Made by a program: the position numbers and the translations under genes
Origin: Podarcis bocagei
Taxonomy: Eukaryota
NCBI GenBank assembly: GCA_964188305.1
Contig: OZ076888.1
Strand: one strand, 5' to 3'
Length of the DNA: 64,000 nucleotides
Notes under the pieces: generated by a model
Told to the model about the DNA's origin: nothing
Databases searched by the model: none
The model's input: only the letters and a program-made list of their open reading frames with translations
Shown: positions 22,961-35,338 of the stretch, piece by piece
How the letters are laid out: the number at the start of each line of letters is the position of its first letter
Numbering within the stretch: position 1 is the first letter of the stretch

Positions 22961-25319
22961 CCATTGCGCAACCATACAATAGTTTCTGCAAACTGTTCCA
23001 CTGCCATATTGAGATATTTCCTTAGGTAGCCACCACCAGTTCAAACTCCAACAAGGCAAGTTTGGGATTTTATTCATTGATTCATTTTTACTATTTAATA
23101 AAACAAGATTTCTAAGCCATTTACACAAGTTACAATGGTAAAATCACAAACAAAAAGTAAATGCACAATCAAAATATCACAAAAAGCTGATAAAACATTA
23201 AAATAGAAATACTGAGCAGTGTTATTTGAAAGTTGAGATGGTCGGGTGTGTTTTTTTGTTTTGTTTTTTATGCCAATACTTGTCACAAATCTAATGGAAA
23301 TGGCCCAAGCCAGACCCCTGGTGCATTTTTGGCCCCAGTTCATGTCTGCTCTGTGGGTTGTTTTGCCCATTACACAGCAACAAGCCACAACCAGTCAGGG
23401 CTTCTGATGAGCACGCACATAGGTGTGCTTGAAAAACACCTAGAAATTATAATATATGAGGAGGCCCTGTTAGAAGTAACTCTCCAAGGCCTTAAGAGGT
23501 GTTTCCCCATCCCATAATCTGAGACCCTTTAAGGAGAGATGCCAAGGAATGAACTTGGTGCCTTTTACGGGCACAGAGCCATAACCAGCAGGAAATTTTG
23601 GTTAAATGAGAAATATAATATGACATCTAGTTCAGAGATCTGATGATGTGCTATGATGGAGAAAGCACAAGGCATTTTTAAAATTCCTGCACCTGCCTCC
23701 CCCCACCCCCCTCATCCCCACCCAACAGTGCAGTGATTTTTAAAATATTAATGGTTCTGGCAATAGCAATTTATCTGCTTATCATATGCTGCCTTCTCTG
23801 TGCCATGTTTAAGTAAGTGTAAAAGCCACTTATTTCCAGTAACATTAATTTTTTTAATGGATTCATTTAGGGTCATGTATTTCAGCAAAAATAGATACCT
23901 TTATTTCATTTCGCACCCAGCATGTCGACTGTTGTAACATTTGACCAGTTATTAATCAAGGAGCTAAAAGGTTGACTGTTCCAATTGAGATACATTAGCT
24001 TGCATTCAATATTAATAGCTTCTGCCAATATTTATTTTGCCCATTATTTAAGTGGCTGGTGTCATTAATACTCCAGTCTTTCACTTGATGTCAGCATTTT
24101 GAAGCAAAGCTACTGGGAGTGCAGGGGGCACGAGATGGACTGACCTCCACCTGTGGACCCACCTGAGTGCTTGGGGAATGTATGGAGACTCCTTTGGCAC
24201 TGCCATTTGTGGGGAGTGCAATCCCCATCGTGGGGGCTATGCGGCCAGCATGGTTTCCTTGAGTGTCCTTGTCCTTTCCTTCATGGTGACCGCAGAACCA
24301 AAGTATCCATGAAGGTACTGTCCATGTAGAGCACGGAATCACACTAATGGCTGTTTTGTGTCATGTGGAGATGACTGCACTGGCACAAATAGATTTAGCA
24401 CGCGCGCGCACACACACACAGCATATTCAGAGGCATGCCCATCTGCTTGCCCATGGTTTGGGACACCAGCTGCATGAATGACTGCGCCCGATCCTCTCTG
24501 CAATAGGAGCGTCTGGGTGTGTCAAACATTGGGAATCTTCACTTGTGTTTAACCATGTAGCTTAACCCATGATGTTCTGTCATGATCTTTGTGTTGAAGC
24601 CTTTTACAGAAACAGAGTCGAGAGACCTACTCATCTATACAGCCGCAAATAAAATGTTTTCATTGTGTTGTGAAGTGCAATATACAAATGTGAACTATGG
24701 CAAATTCAATATATTTTTCAGAACGTTTTAAAAAAAGCATTTTCACAGTGTTTTTTTTGTAAGTGTAGATTCCACCCACGTGCTATGTCCACCAGTGAGA
24801 GCCAGAGCAAATACAATATTGTCTTGTTGTATGGATTACTTTGAATTGAATGTTTTTGGAGAGAAATAAGATTTGGACTATTCCTTGAATTTTAAGGCTG
24901 ACAAGATACTGGAAAGCATCAAATAGATTTCACAGGTTCTTGAATCGAGGAACAGAAAACCTGCAAACCCCTCTTTACAAGAGTCAAAAGCATTCCCACC
25001 ATAAGCAGCACTTATTTCTACAGTATATGAAAAAAGTGAACTATCGTTTATCTCTAGTCCTTATATTTCTCCCAAAGTCCCATAGAAAGCTTTGTTAGTA
25101 CTCTTTCGAATGCAACTGTAATATGCCTGGAAGCCTCAGCTAATGCCTCATCGTTTAAAAATCCTTGCAGTTTGAATTGGAAATGAAGAAGCCTAATGCA
25201 TTTTGCAAACGCTGCTTTTCTGCACTGAGCTGCTGCTGAAGCAGAGCCAAGAGAAGTCATATGTCGACCTCTGTATCCATTCTGCTGTATTTCAAAATAT
25301 ATGAACTGGAACTGTAGGC

Positions 25320-25564
25320 GTCTCTGATTGGTTGGCCGTGAAAACATAGAATGTGAAGGGGGGAGGCTGCGATCTTCCACATTTGTACTGTATGATAGTT
25401 GTGTAATCCAATTTTATGTACTGCAGTAAAGCAGTGCAGAAGATGCTGCCTGCCAGCAGATGGCACCAAAACGGAAAAAGTCGACACAAAGTGAGACTAC
25501 AGTGGACAAAAGGCTTCAGATTTCTAGCGCTCTTAGTTCCACTAGCCTGTTTTTGATATGCAAG
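25320..25564 (+). promoter_or_regulatory. Candidate promoter / first exon
   Basis: Inverted CCAAT box ctgattggttgg at about 25324; CTCF-like ccagcagatggcacc at 25453-25467; consensus donor AAG|gtaagt at 25564/25565. Confidence 0.4.
25451..25470 (+). promoter_or_regulatory. CTCF-binding motif
   Basis: tgCCAGCAGATGGCACcaa matches the core consensus CCASYAGRKGGCRC. Confidence 0.55.
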
Positions 25565-26222
25565 GTAAGTTAGGAGAGGGTTCGGTCTTCCTCAGTGCTG
25601 GACTGCGTACATCTGTCACGTATTGTGTAAATTTAAGATTTCTGGTGATGATGACAAGTGGCTAATTTATAGTAATGGTTTCATACCACTGTGTTTTCTT
25701 AACAACTTCTAATGTTTTAGATTGTATAATTTGCAGAGCATTATCCATCTCTAAACATACACACAACTTTTGGTAGATACTCAGAGTAAACTGCCCTAAG
25801 GTGACCCTCCCCATGGAAATATAAAGTTGAGCCTCTCTAGATTTGAAACATGCTAATAATTTAAGGCTGCATGTTTGCAATTTTAATTTATTCATTCATT
25901 TATTTATTTACACTGATACTGAAGCTTCGGTAGTTGCAGATAAGGCCACTGTGAGCAAGTTGGTAAGAACTGTACTGTACTCATGGCAAACAGACAGATT
26001 TGTACATTTTGTGACTGAGAAAGGTTGGATTGCACGTTCAGATGTGTGTGTTGCAGGATAGCATATTCTTGCTTTTAAAATCAAACTTTTTCCAGTGAAT
26101 TTTACATTTTAAAACAAGGTCTGTGGTTGGCTAATTTAAACTGTCACCCATTTCATATTATATTCTGTGCTTAACTGGCAATAATTTCTTCCAAACTAAC
26201 ATTTATTTTCCTTTAAATACAG

Positions 26223-26286
26223 GATCAAAGCAAGAGAAGTACCAGGTGCCACTTATTATAATTCTTGTCCAGAAATAACACAAAAG
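26223..26286 (+). other. Candidate internal exon (64 nt)
   Basis: Branch point actaac (26195-26200), pyrimidine tract, tacag| acceptor, AAG|gtaagg donor. Confidence 0.5.
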
Positions 26287-29200
26287 GTAAGGAATTGGTT
26301 TCATAACTAATCTGTTTTGTGATTTATTTATTTTTAAAAAAACAAAATTTAAAATTAGACTTTGAAAGGCTTTCTGTTTTTGACTAGATAACTGGCACTT
26401 TTTCTTAAACTGTTATCTGCTACATAAATTGTATTCCAAATGTGTGGTTAAGTATGTACCAGATATTGCTATGTTTCCTGACGTTCATTGAAGTGTGGAG
26501 AATGTGTGTGTGTGTACACACATATTTTAAACCTTATTGAATAGATGCCAGACACTGCTAGCAAAGGAGTAGTGGCTAGTGAATCTTCATCGTCATACTG
26601 ATTTTGGATCTTTTTGCATATTTCTTTAAAAATGTTCTTTTTCTTGCCCTCTTCACCTCTCCAGCAAATATTTAGACAGTTGTAGTAGCAGCATAACCCC
26701 ATCCCCCCCCCTCAAAACACCAGCCAGTTTTAATGATGGCCTCCAGAGATCTTTGATTGCAATAGCCCAAGGGTTAGTTCAAATATGTCTTTACTCAATG
26801 CAGAGCCTGTTTGTTTTGAGAATTATTGAAGGCAAAACATCTCTCAGTGATCAGAAACAGAATCTTGAATTTGCAGGTGGTGCCTGGAAGATGCAAGGAA
26901 GGGAAATTGCGAAGGCCTCGTGTGTCGGTGCGCCAGTGCCTTGAGTGGACATCACACTGGGCAAGTCTTTAGTTAGGCTGAAGATAAGAAGCTGACAGGG
27001 CCCTACGCAGCACCAGTCATATGGCACATCCTTCTAAGAGGCAAAATCCTTTCAATCAAGTATTTTCTGGGGTTAACTTGAAACACTGCATATCGATGCC
27101 TTGCATGACTGAGAACCTGGCACTTCTAGAGCAAAAGTCGTAGAAGTGAAGCAATTCTGTCGACCTAGTTAATGTAATTCAGGAGGTTCAAATCCGGGCC
27201 AAGTTATCTGCATTCCCTACATAGCATCTTGGTCTTTTTTGAATGCCATTATCTCATCAGGAATCCATCCAGGCAAAAAAATAAATGCAATTCTCAGGAG
27301 AACAGATTTGCATTAGCCAGGGTTATAGCATGAACACAATATCTAACCAATAACATTTTCCCCTTCCATTTTCAAGGGGAAATGTTCCTCTTTTTAGGAT
27401 GGATTTCAATGTATTCTTCAGTTCAAGGAGGGCAGTTTTCCTAAGCAAGCTTTCCTGGAGGTAAATTTCATTGAAATTAGTAAGATTTACTTCTGAGTTA
27501 ATGTGGTTAGATCAGGCCATAGGTTTCTGTGGGGAAAGGGGGGGGGGAGATTGTAGTGAGGTAAAATAATATTTTTTAACATGAGTAAATGACATCAGAT
27601 TGAACAAAATACTCATTGCTTCCACTGAAGTCTTTCTCAAAGCTTGGGTTGACAATGAATTCATTCTCTATGAGGTTTTCACATGCAGTAAGTTTATTTT
27701 TTAAAAAATTACAATTAAAATTAATAATTTATATTACATTTGTGTTAATGCAGACCAGACAATTGCAAAAGCAGATGCACAATCCATTCTGAGATAATAG
27801 AAAACCCCCTCCACTATCTCATTGAACTGAATGAGAGAATTCAGTGCATCCAACAGTGGTTTTGATTTAAAACAACTATATTTTCTCTACTTTGGTTTAG
27901 CATAAAACTTGAAGCAGCTGTCAGTTTCTTCCCTTGTCATTTGAATTTATAAAAGAAGGAAGAGGAAACTTTGCGTAGCTTTGAAGTGTTTATAAAGTAT
28001 TTAGCTTTAGCACAAATCTAAACAAATGTCTGTTTTTCCAATTCGTAAGAGCTAAGCTGAGGGAAATCACGTTATTTGATATGTGATTACACCAAATGAC
28101 AAGAAAGTATGAAAACAGCAAAAATAAGGTTGCTAGTTTCAATGTACAGTATCTACTTTATGCACTAATCCTAACTTCATTACTTATGTGGAGACATGTC
28201 ATAGGCAAATGACTATTGATCTCTTAAGCAACAGTGTCTACTGTTCTTAAGACATGTTTTAGGAAGTATGCTTCTTTTCACAACAGTTGAAAATGTTAGC
28301 TCCTCTTTACATGATATACAGTATTTACAGAGATCAATGCATTAGATTAGCAAAAATGATACGGTAGTAAAATAACATTCATCACATGTAGGGGTTGAAT
28401 ATTAATTTTTTAGGTTAGTTATTGTATTCCCTCTATATTCCCTCTATAAAGATGATTCTCTCATTTCAATAAGGTTTTATATTTCTGAAGAGTGTTTAGC
28501 AATCCTGTGCATAATTACACGGGAGTAAGTCCCACTAATGCCAAAGAGGTTAACTGCCAAGTAACCATGTACAAGCTCAGCTGTGAGGGCAAATTAACAA
28601 CCTGTAAATGCAGCTGAAAATAACTCATATACAAGATTTCAAGTCTCTGTATTTTCAGTTTATTTGTTTTTACAGGTCCAAAGAGATCTGTTTTCTTAAC
28701 AGGTTCCAGAGTCCAGTTATGAACTAGAGATCTTGTTCATTTACAGTTTTAATAACTATTTTGTTACATAATACAAGCATGGTGCTTTGCCCTCCAGAAA
28801 ATTCATCTCTTTTTTGTTAGGTAACATTAGTGTAACATTTTTGGTATTATTTTCAAACGTAAAAACTTGGAAGCCTTCACTTCTGTATTCAGAGAAATAA
28901 TTTTGGTAAATGTGAATGTGGATGCAGTTTCAATAGCCCCATAAAACAACTTTGCAAATTAAGAGAAAGCAATACTAGTAAGTACCAGTGAAGTGTGTGT
29001 GTTTGTGTTTTAAAAGGGGGAAAGCTTAAAATAAATAGGAATGTGGTTGACTGTGTAAAACCTGCCTCCGTTTTTAATTAGCAAATAACACCTCTGAGGG
29101 AAAATGCTTGTCTTCTACTTTTCTTTATAAATCTAAATAATGTAATGATTTCATATTTCAACCTGAAATACAGTACAGAAATTGATATGTACAAAGTTGA

Positions 29201-29590
29201 GGCCAGAGTATAGAATTTCTGCATTTCTAACTTCTTGTTTTTCATAAGCAACAATACAGAAAACATCAAATAAACTCATCCCCTTTTGTTCAAAAATAAT
29301 TACAATACCCTACCCAGTTGCTTACTTTAATTTAGCTTGACTTCATGTAAAATGTTTAGTTAAGCACTTTGCCTCCCATTGATTTCAATGCTGCCCTTGG
29401 TTTTTAGGTTATCTAGTATCAACAGCATGATTTTCTATTTTATATCATTATAGAGAAATAAGAATACTGCAGTTGTGCGCATTTGTGTGTCTTGTGACTG
29501 AATGAGTATCTGTGCAAACATTCAGATAAATAGACGCACGCAAGGGTTTTGTGATGCCTTAAATGCTAACCAGTTTTAGATATATTTGAT

Positions 29591-29669
29591 GCATCGGATG
29601 AAGTGGACTCTAGCCCACAAATGCTTGTGTCTCATTAACTTTTTCAGTCTTTAGGGTGCCACAAGACTT
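29591..29669 (+). mobile_element. Degenerate Penelope-like pLTR remnant with decayed hammerhead
   Basis: cggatga-a-gtgg..ccac-aaatgctt ... agtctttagggtgccacaaga; tail parallels ggtctttaaggtgctac in the 21.3 kb element. Confidence 0.55.
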
Positions 29670-32399
29670 GGCATTTTCTGTAAAAGCCAAAGGCTGCAAT
29701 TCAATGCATGCTTAGCCTAGGCTCTGGGGCGAGGGTCACTAGCACACCACCCTTGGGTGCAATGGCATTCTTGAGGCTGTCTCCTGGATCCCATGAGTTT
29801 CTGAGCCCCCCTCCCTTCACTTCAGCCTTTGTCATGAGAAGGTGAGACTGGATACATGTTTTTTTTCTAAGAAACGATGTCCCTTCCCACGTCCCCTGTC
29901 AGTTGCAACCACTTTTCAAGGCTTAGGTTGGCACCTGAGCAGCTGCACAGAGAGTGGAGTGACCAAGAGGAGAGGAGGGAAAGGAGGAGAAGATAGAAAA
30001 AGGAGTGATGTGGGAGACGGAGGGGGAGGGGAGGGGATGTCACAGGTGCTGGGACAGAGGGGGAGCAGAGGGAGGATAAAGTAGCAGCAGTAGAGAGAGG
30101 TGGGTTGGGCCACACTGCTTACCTGACCTCCCTCCAGCGAAGGGAGTGGTGGCAGCGGGGGCAAGTTGTGCTGGCAGGAGCACCAGATTGACTCACCCGA
30201 TGTGTGTTTACACTGTGCCCACCTCTCAGTCCCACTATGTGGCAATGACTGGCGGGAGGTCAGGTAGGAGGCAGAGCCCTGCAGTGTCATCTTTTACTGA
30301 GTAGCAGGGGGAGAATGGACGTATTTGCACATGCACACACACACACACACACGTGTGCACACATACTGGATCCATTAAAAGTGATCCTCTTGAAATTGCG
30401 CCGGTTTCCCACTACCATCAGAACCATCAGATTGCAGATCACATCTGTCTTCACTGATGATTCATAAAAAATGTGGATTTGGTGCTTTCCAGTACTGCTG
30501 TGGTGCACAGACGTGGATCTGCATCACTCAGAGATACTTATGCATCCTCATAGTTGTTTTTACAATGGATCTGCTCAAAACCACTATCAAATCATAGGTC
30601 ACCTCTCTGCACACAGATATCCTCTGCGACACATGAAGATCTGTGCCTCGGATCAACATTTTCCTAGTGGTTGCAAGCATTGGAAATGTAAATTTAACAC
30701 TGTAAACTTAATTTTGTACAATCAGGCAAATTCAAGAAACTCTGTTTTAATTCTTCTCTATCCAACTTTTACTGAAACAATAGTTGACAATAGAACTCTG
30801 CAAGTGAAAGGGATGCAGCTTTATACTGTTCTCTGTAGTCCTTGTGGGCTTACATGCCTTAATAAATTACTTCCAGTTTAGGGCTTTAGACTCAGCTGTT
30901 TGTGTTTTTCCATTCACAATATATTTCCAACAAGTGTAGCCAACAGAGACTTTGGTATTTTTCATTGTGAAATAGTTATGGAACTTGGATAATGCTTTCT
31001 CCCATGTGCAGCATTATGACCTCTGTCATGAATCAAGGCCACCATCGTAAGGACAGAACTAGAAAGGAGAATAGCAGCTCACTAAATCCCACTTCCTGTC
31101 ACGATAACAAGAAGTTATGAGAGCACTTTGCAGGATGACACCAATGTAATTTCCATTGCCATTCCTGTTCCATGTTATCAACTACTGGTCAGTACTGGGG
31201 AAGCACAGCCCCACTTTCTCTCTTGACATATTTGTTAATAGAGGGGGCAGGGACATCCAAATTGGGCTTTCCCTAAATATAGGAAGTAATGGGAAAACAT
31301 GCTGGGAAGTGATTGGTCTTCATTCCATAGCAACAGAAGAAGGCAGTAACTGGGGTTGAGCAACAGCAGCCATAGAATGAGACAAAGCCAGCCACAATCA
31401 TCTACACCGCTTTTTAGCACACATTTATGAAGCAGACAAACTTCCTCGCATTCACTGTCCACTGTCCATGTTCAGCCATAGTTTTAGCCCTCAGCAAAAT
31501 GTGTAGTTGGATATTTTTTTAAAGAAGAAGAAGAAGGATACTACCATTAGAGCAGTTTCCAATGATTTCTTGTTGTGCAGAAATAGGATGTGTAACTTCC
31601 CCCTGCTTCCTGTCCCTTTGCCTGAAATTCCAATATATCTCTGTATGAGGAACTTGTGCATTTCTTAGGCAGGAGGGATGCAAATACCACATTTAAGACA
31701 CAAGTTAGAAGAACCTGGTCCCTAGTCCCCCTGCCCGGACCCTGGATAAACAGGCCTCTACAGTGGTGATGCCAAAGATGCTCTCACACATTGCCACCAT
31801 CCACTGCCTTTTCCTGCTCCACCCTTCAAAATTGTGACCATTTTCCATGTATAAAAGTAAATGGCAAAAATAGAATTTGCTGGGAAAGGTCTCTAAGTAT
31901 GAACCAAGAAACTTTCTCATGCAGGAATAAATTATGTATTCTGTCTGTAGCCCCTTCATAAAGCCTGCAGAAGAAGCACACACCAGACACTGTTTGCAAG
32001 GACAGAACCCGTCCTTGAAGGTAACTTTAGCAACTGTGCCACCTAGGATCTTGGAGGGTAAAATATTAAAACATGCAAACAAAAGTCTTCATCTCTACAT
32101 AGGCATTTTTATATTTTTAAAAAATAAGGCTCAGTTCAAAAAATCATCTTACCTTTAAAAGTTGACCTTTGCCTTCACTTTTTCCACTTTATTACTCTTA
32201 GCCACTCAAATGTCAATGGCGCTGCCCATTCCTCCTTGTTGTAACAGCTGTGTGGTGTCACCTCTTTGCTTCTCTTCCTTCAAACCCAAATGAAAACTCT
32301 GCATTTCCTGTGTAGCTTCACTTTAAGCCACTAGGGCCAACCTCAATGGAACAGAAACATACACAACAAATGTTGCTGCCCCATCCAGTCTACTATATC

Positions 32400-32437
<38 letters not shown>

Positions 32438-32466
32438 CAGCAGCAATAGCAGTAGCAGCAGCAGTA
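32400..32466. repeat. (AGT)n/(AGC)n compound microsatellite, probably a SINE tail
   Basis: Directly visible, abuts a minus-strand SINE. Confidence 0.9.
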
Positions 32467-32469
32467 TAT

Positions 32470-32635
32470 AATTACATTTACACCCCACATTTTCCCCAGT
32501 ACCTCATGGTAGCAAATTTATCTCCTTTCCTCTGAGGGTTAGGCTGAGAGATAGTGACTGGCCCAAGATTATCCGGTGAGCTTCATGGCTGAGTGACGAT
32601 TTGAATCCTGGTCTCCCAGGTCCTAGACCAGCACA
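32470..32635 (-). mobile_element. tRNA-derived squamate SINE fragment (MIR/Squam3-like)
   Basis: ggttaggctgagagatagtgactggcccaag...gatttgaatcctggtctccc; the reverse complement contains a B-box-like GGATTCAAATC. Confidence 0.6.
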
Positions 32636-32805
32636 AAATGGTGAATGTTTGTTTAGTGTTTTCCACATGCAAGTATCGCTCTGCTAACTCAAGGACAGCC
32701 TGGGTTTTGGTCCTAGGGCACCTCACCACAACCAATGTTGCTACCAAAATTGAACATTGCTACGGAAATTAGAAGTAATAACTTTTAAGATCAACTACTT
32801 TTGAC

Positions 32806-33160
32806 AGGACACGGGTGGCGCTGTGGGTTAAACCACAGAGCCTAGGACTTGCTGATCAGAAGGTCGGCGGTTCGAATCCACACAACAGGGTGAGCTCCCG
32901 TTGCTCGGTCCCAGCTCCTGCCAACCTAGCAGTTCAAAAGCACGTCAAAGTGCAAGTAGATAAATAGATACCGCTCTGGCGGGAAGGTAAATGGCGTTTC
33001 CGTGCGCTGCTCTGGTTCACCAGAAGTGGCTTAGTCATGCTGGTCACATGACCAGCTGTACGCCGGCTCCCTCAGCCACTAAAGCGAGATGAGCGCCGCA
33101 ACCCCAGAGTCGGCCACGACTGGACCTAATGGACAGGGGCCCCTTTACCTTTACCTTTAC
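32806..33160 (+). mobile_element. Sauria SINE (lacertid type), full length
   Basis: tRNA head with A box tggcgctgtgg and B box ggttcgaatcc; (acctttt/accttt)n tail; approximate TSD tacttttgac / tacttttggc. Confidence 0.92.
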
Positions 33161-35112
33161 TTTTGGCTATAAGCTTGTTTTCTTTTCCCATATAAATCCA
33201 TGAGACTTAAATGAGTCTAACAAGCTGGATTGTGTCTATAATGGCCTTTCTGGATTCAGCCTTCCATTTCTAGTGGTGACTAGCCAGATAATCTGGGCAC
33301 TCAGAAACAGGACATGAAAGTGATCGACTTTCCCCTGTGGTTTGTCCCCAGCATCTGGTAAGCAGAGCAAATGCCGCCTCTGTGCATGCACAACCCATTT
33401 AGCAATCATAGCTAATAGCTGTTGATTGCCTCATCTTCTCATTCATTTTAGGGGGATTAATTTGGACATGAGCAAGCAATTCCAAGAACTGTGCTCTTTG
33501 TACACAATCCAAAACACTTTTAATATTGAAAATACAGAATAGGTGTGGAATGATAGACAGATAAAGATATGTTTTCTTTACATTTGCTTTTCAAGTCCTT
33601 CACAAACTCCCTCAAAATTATTATTTCTCAGAGGCCACAGAAAGAAAGTCGATGGTGTAAAAAGCCATAAACTAGACCAAAGCGTCATATGGTCCATCTG
33701 AGGCTGGCAGTAGACAAAAGGTCTATTTGTATGATGAGAAAGGGGTCCTAGAAGACAAAGGCATGCAGTGATCCTGATGGCAAAATAAATCATCAGACCA
33801 CTAAATAGATCAAGCATCTTACTCCTCCAACAATTCTACCAATTCAGTCAATCTAGTGAGATTCTGAGTCGACTTTGTAGAAGCTCAATGTCAAGGGAGG
33901 ACAAGCAGATATGTTTCTCTGGTCCAGTGAGACCGTTAGTGATGAACCAGGCCCAGCGAATGTTGTTCAGCTGACAATTGCCACTGTTAAAAGTGTGGTG
34001 CCTATTTCTCATGAAATTTAAAAAGGTGCTGTAAGTCTGTGTTCCTCAATGCACACAGAAACACATTGCACCTCCCCTTGGGACCCTTGTCAGGTCTGCC
34101 AGTGACTGGGATGGAGGGGAAGGTGGTCTTCCTCACTATGCCCACTCTCCTCCATGTGGCGTGCCTTACTTTTCTCCATAGGAATATAGGATTGAACTGC
34201 AAGAAAACTGGAGAGAAGCGGCTGCATCCTCAAAAATCTTTGGTTGTGGGAGAAGTCTATTGCCACCAGAAACCCTTAAAGAAACATATCTGTGATTCCT
34301 ATTGTTCCCATGCCAAAATGGTACAATCTGCCCTTGCAAGAGGATCACCCCAGCTATCATTCTGAAATTTGTTAGGCTCCTGAAAACCCCTTAATGTATC
34401 TGCCTACAGTTTTGCAGGCTTAATCCAGCGTGGAGGGGATCTGCAATGCCGGCATATTTCATTGATTTCTATGAAAAGTGGGGAGGGCGTTATAGCCATT
34501 TTTTAGATTCCTCATTATAGTGAACAGAGAAAAACATAGCTTCATTGTTAACATATCTAATTTAGTTCTGAATAATGAGTTGAATTGGAAAGATATAGAG
34601 CAGCTCCAAAACAGTTTGGGCTGCTTCCAAACCAACAGTAGATTTCTGTGTTTGTATTGTGATGACTTCTTTTGTAATCATGCAGTGTCATTGTGGAGTT
34701 GTAAGGGCCCTGAGGCTTCCCTAGTTCAACCTCTTGCGATGCAGGATTTGATTTATATATCCTTCAGTAAAAACCATTCATTTGGTTCAGGTTCAGTTTA
34801 AGTGATAAGACATCTGCTTCTTCTGTAGAAAAGCACTGAAGCCAGTCTCTGCCTCATGTGTTAAAACTTTAATTCCATATGTGTGTGTGTGTGCTAATAA
34901 TTAGAAAAGTGATTCATAATAACATTTAGCCATATTGTGTCTGCACTTCACATTCCGAATGACTTCTGTATCCATTTCCCTCAACCAGATTTTTATGCTT
35001 CTTTAATGCCAAGGCTTGCAATTTTAGAGAGGAATTAAGTAGCATAGGATACAAAAATGTCTTCCGTTTCTGTAACTATTCCTGACCAGCATTTTGGCTC
35101 TAAAGTACAGTA

Positions 35113-35338
35113 CAGTGGTACCTCAGGTTACATACGCTTAAGGTTACATACTCCGCTAACCCAGAAATAGTGCTTCAGGTTAAGAACTTTGCTTCAGGAT
35201 GAGAACAGAAATCGTGTTCCGGTGGCGCGGCGGCAGCAAGAGGCCCCATTAGCTAAAGCGGTGCTTCAGGTTATGAACAGTTTCAGGTTAAGTACGGACC
35301 TCCAGAATAAATCAAGTACTTAACCTGAGGTACCACTG
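35113..35338. mobile_element. Tigger/pogo-type MITE
   Basis: TA|cagtggtacctcaggtta ... taacctgaggtaccactg|TA, perfect 18-bp TIR. Confidence 0.92.

Noticed and set aside
28677-28820. Possible third exon (tttttacag acceptor, gtaaca donor)
   Set aside because: Weak donor, T-rich intron-like content and competing acceptors
32143-32310. Minus-strand donor AAG|gtaaga
   Set aside because: No convincing upstream acceptor or coding frame
32815-32885. tRNA-like A/B boxes
   Set aside because: Head of a Sauria SINE, not a tRNA gene
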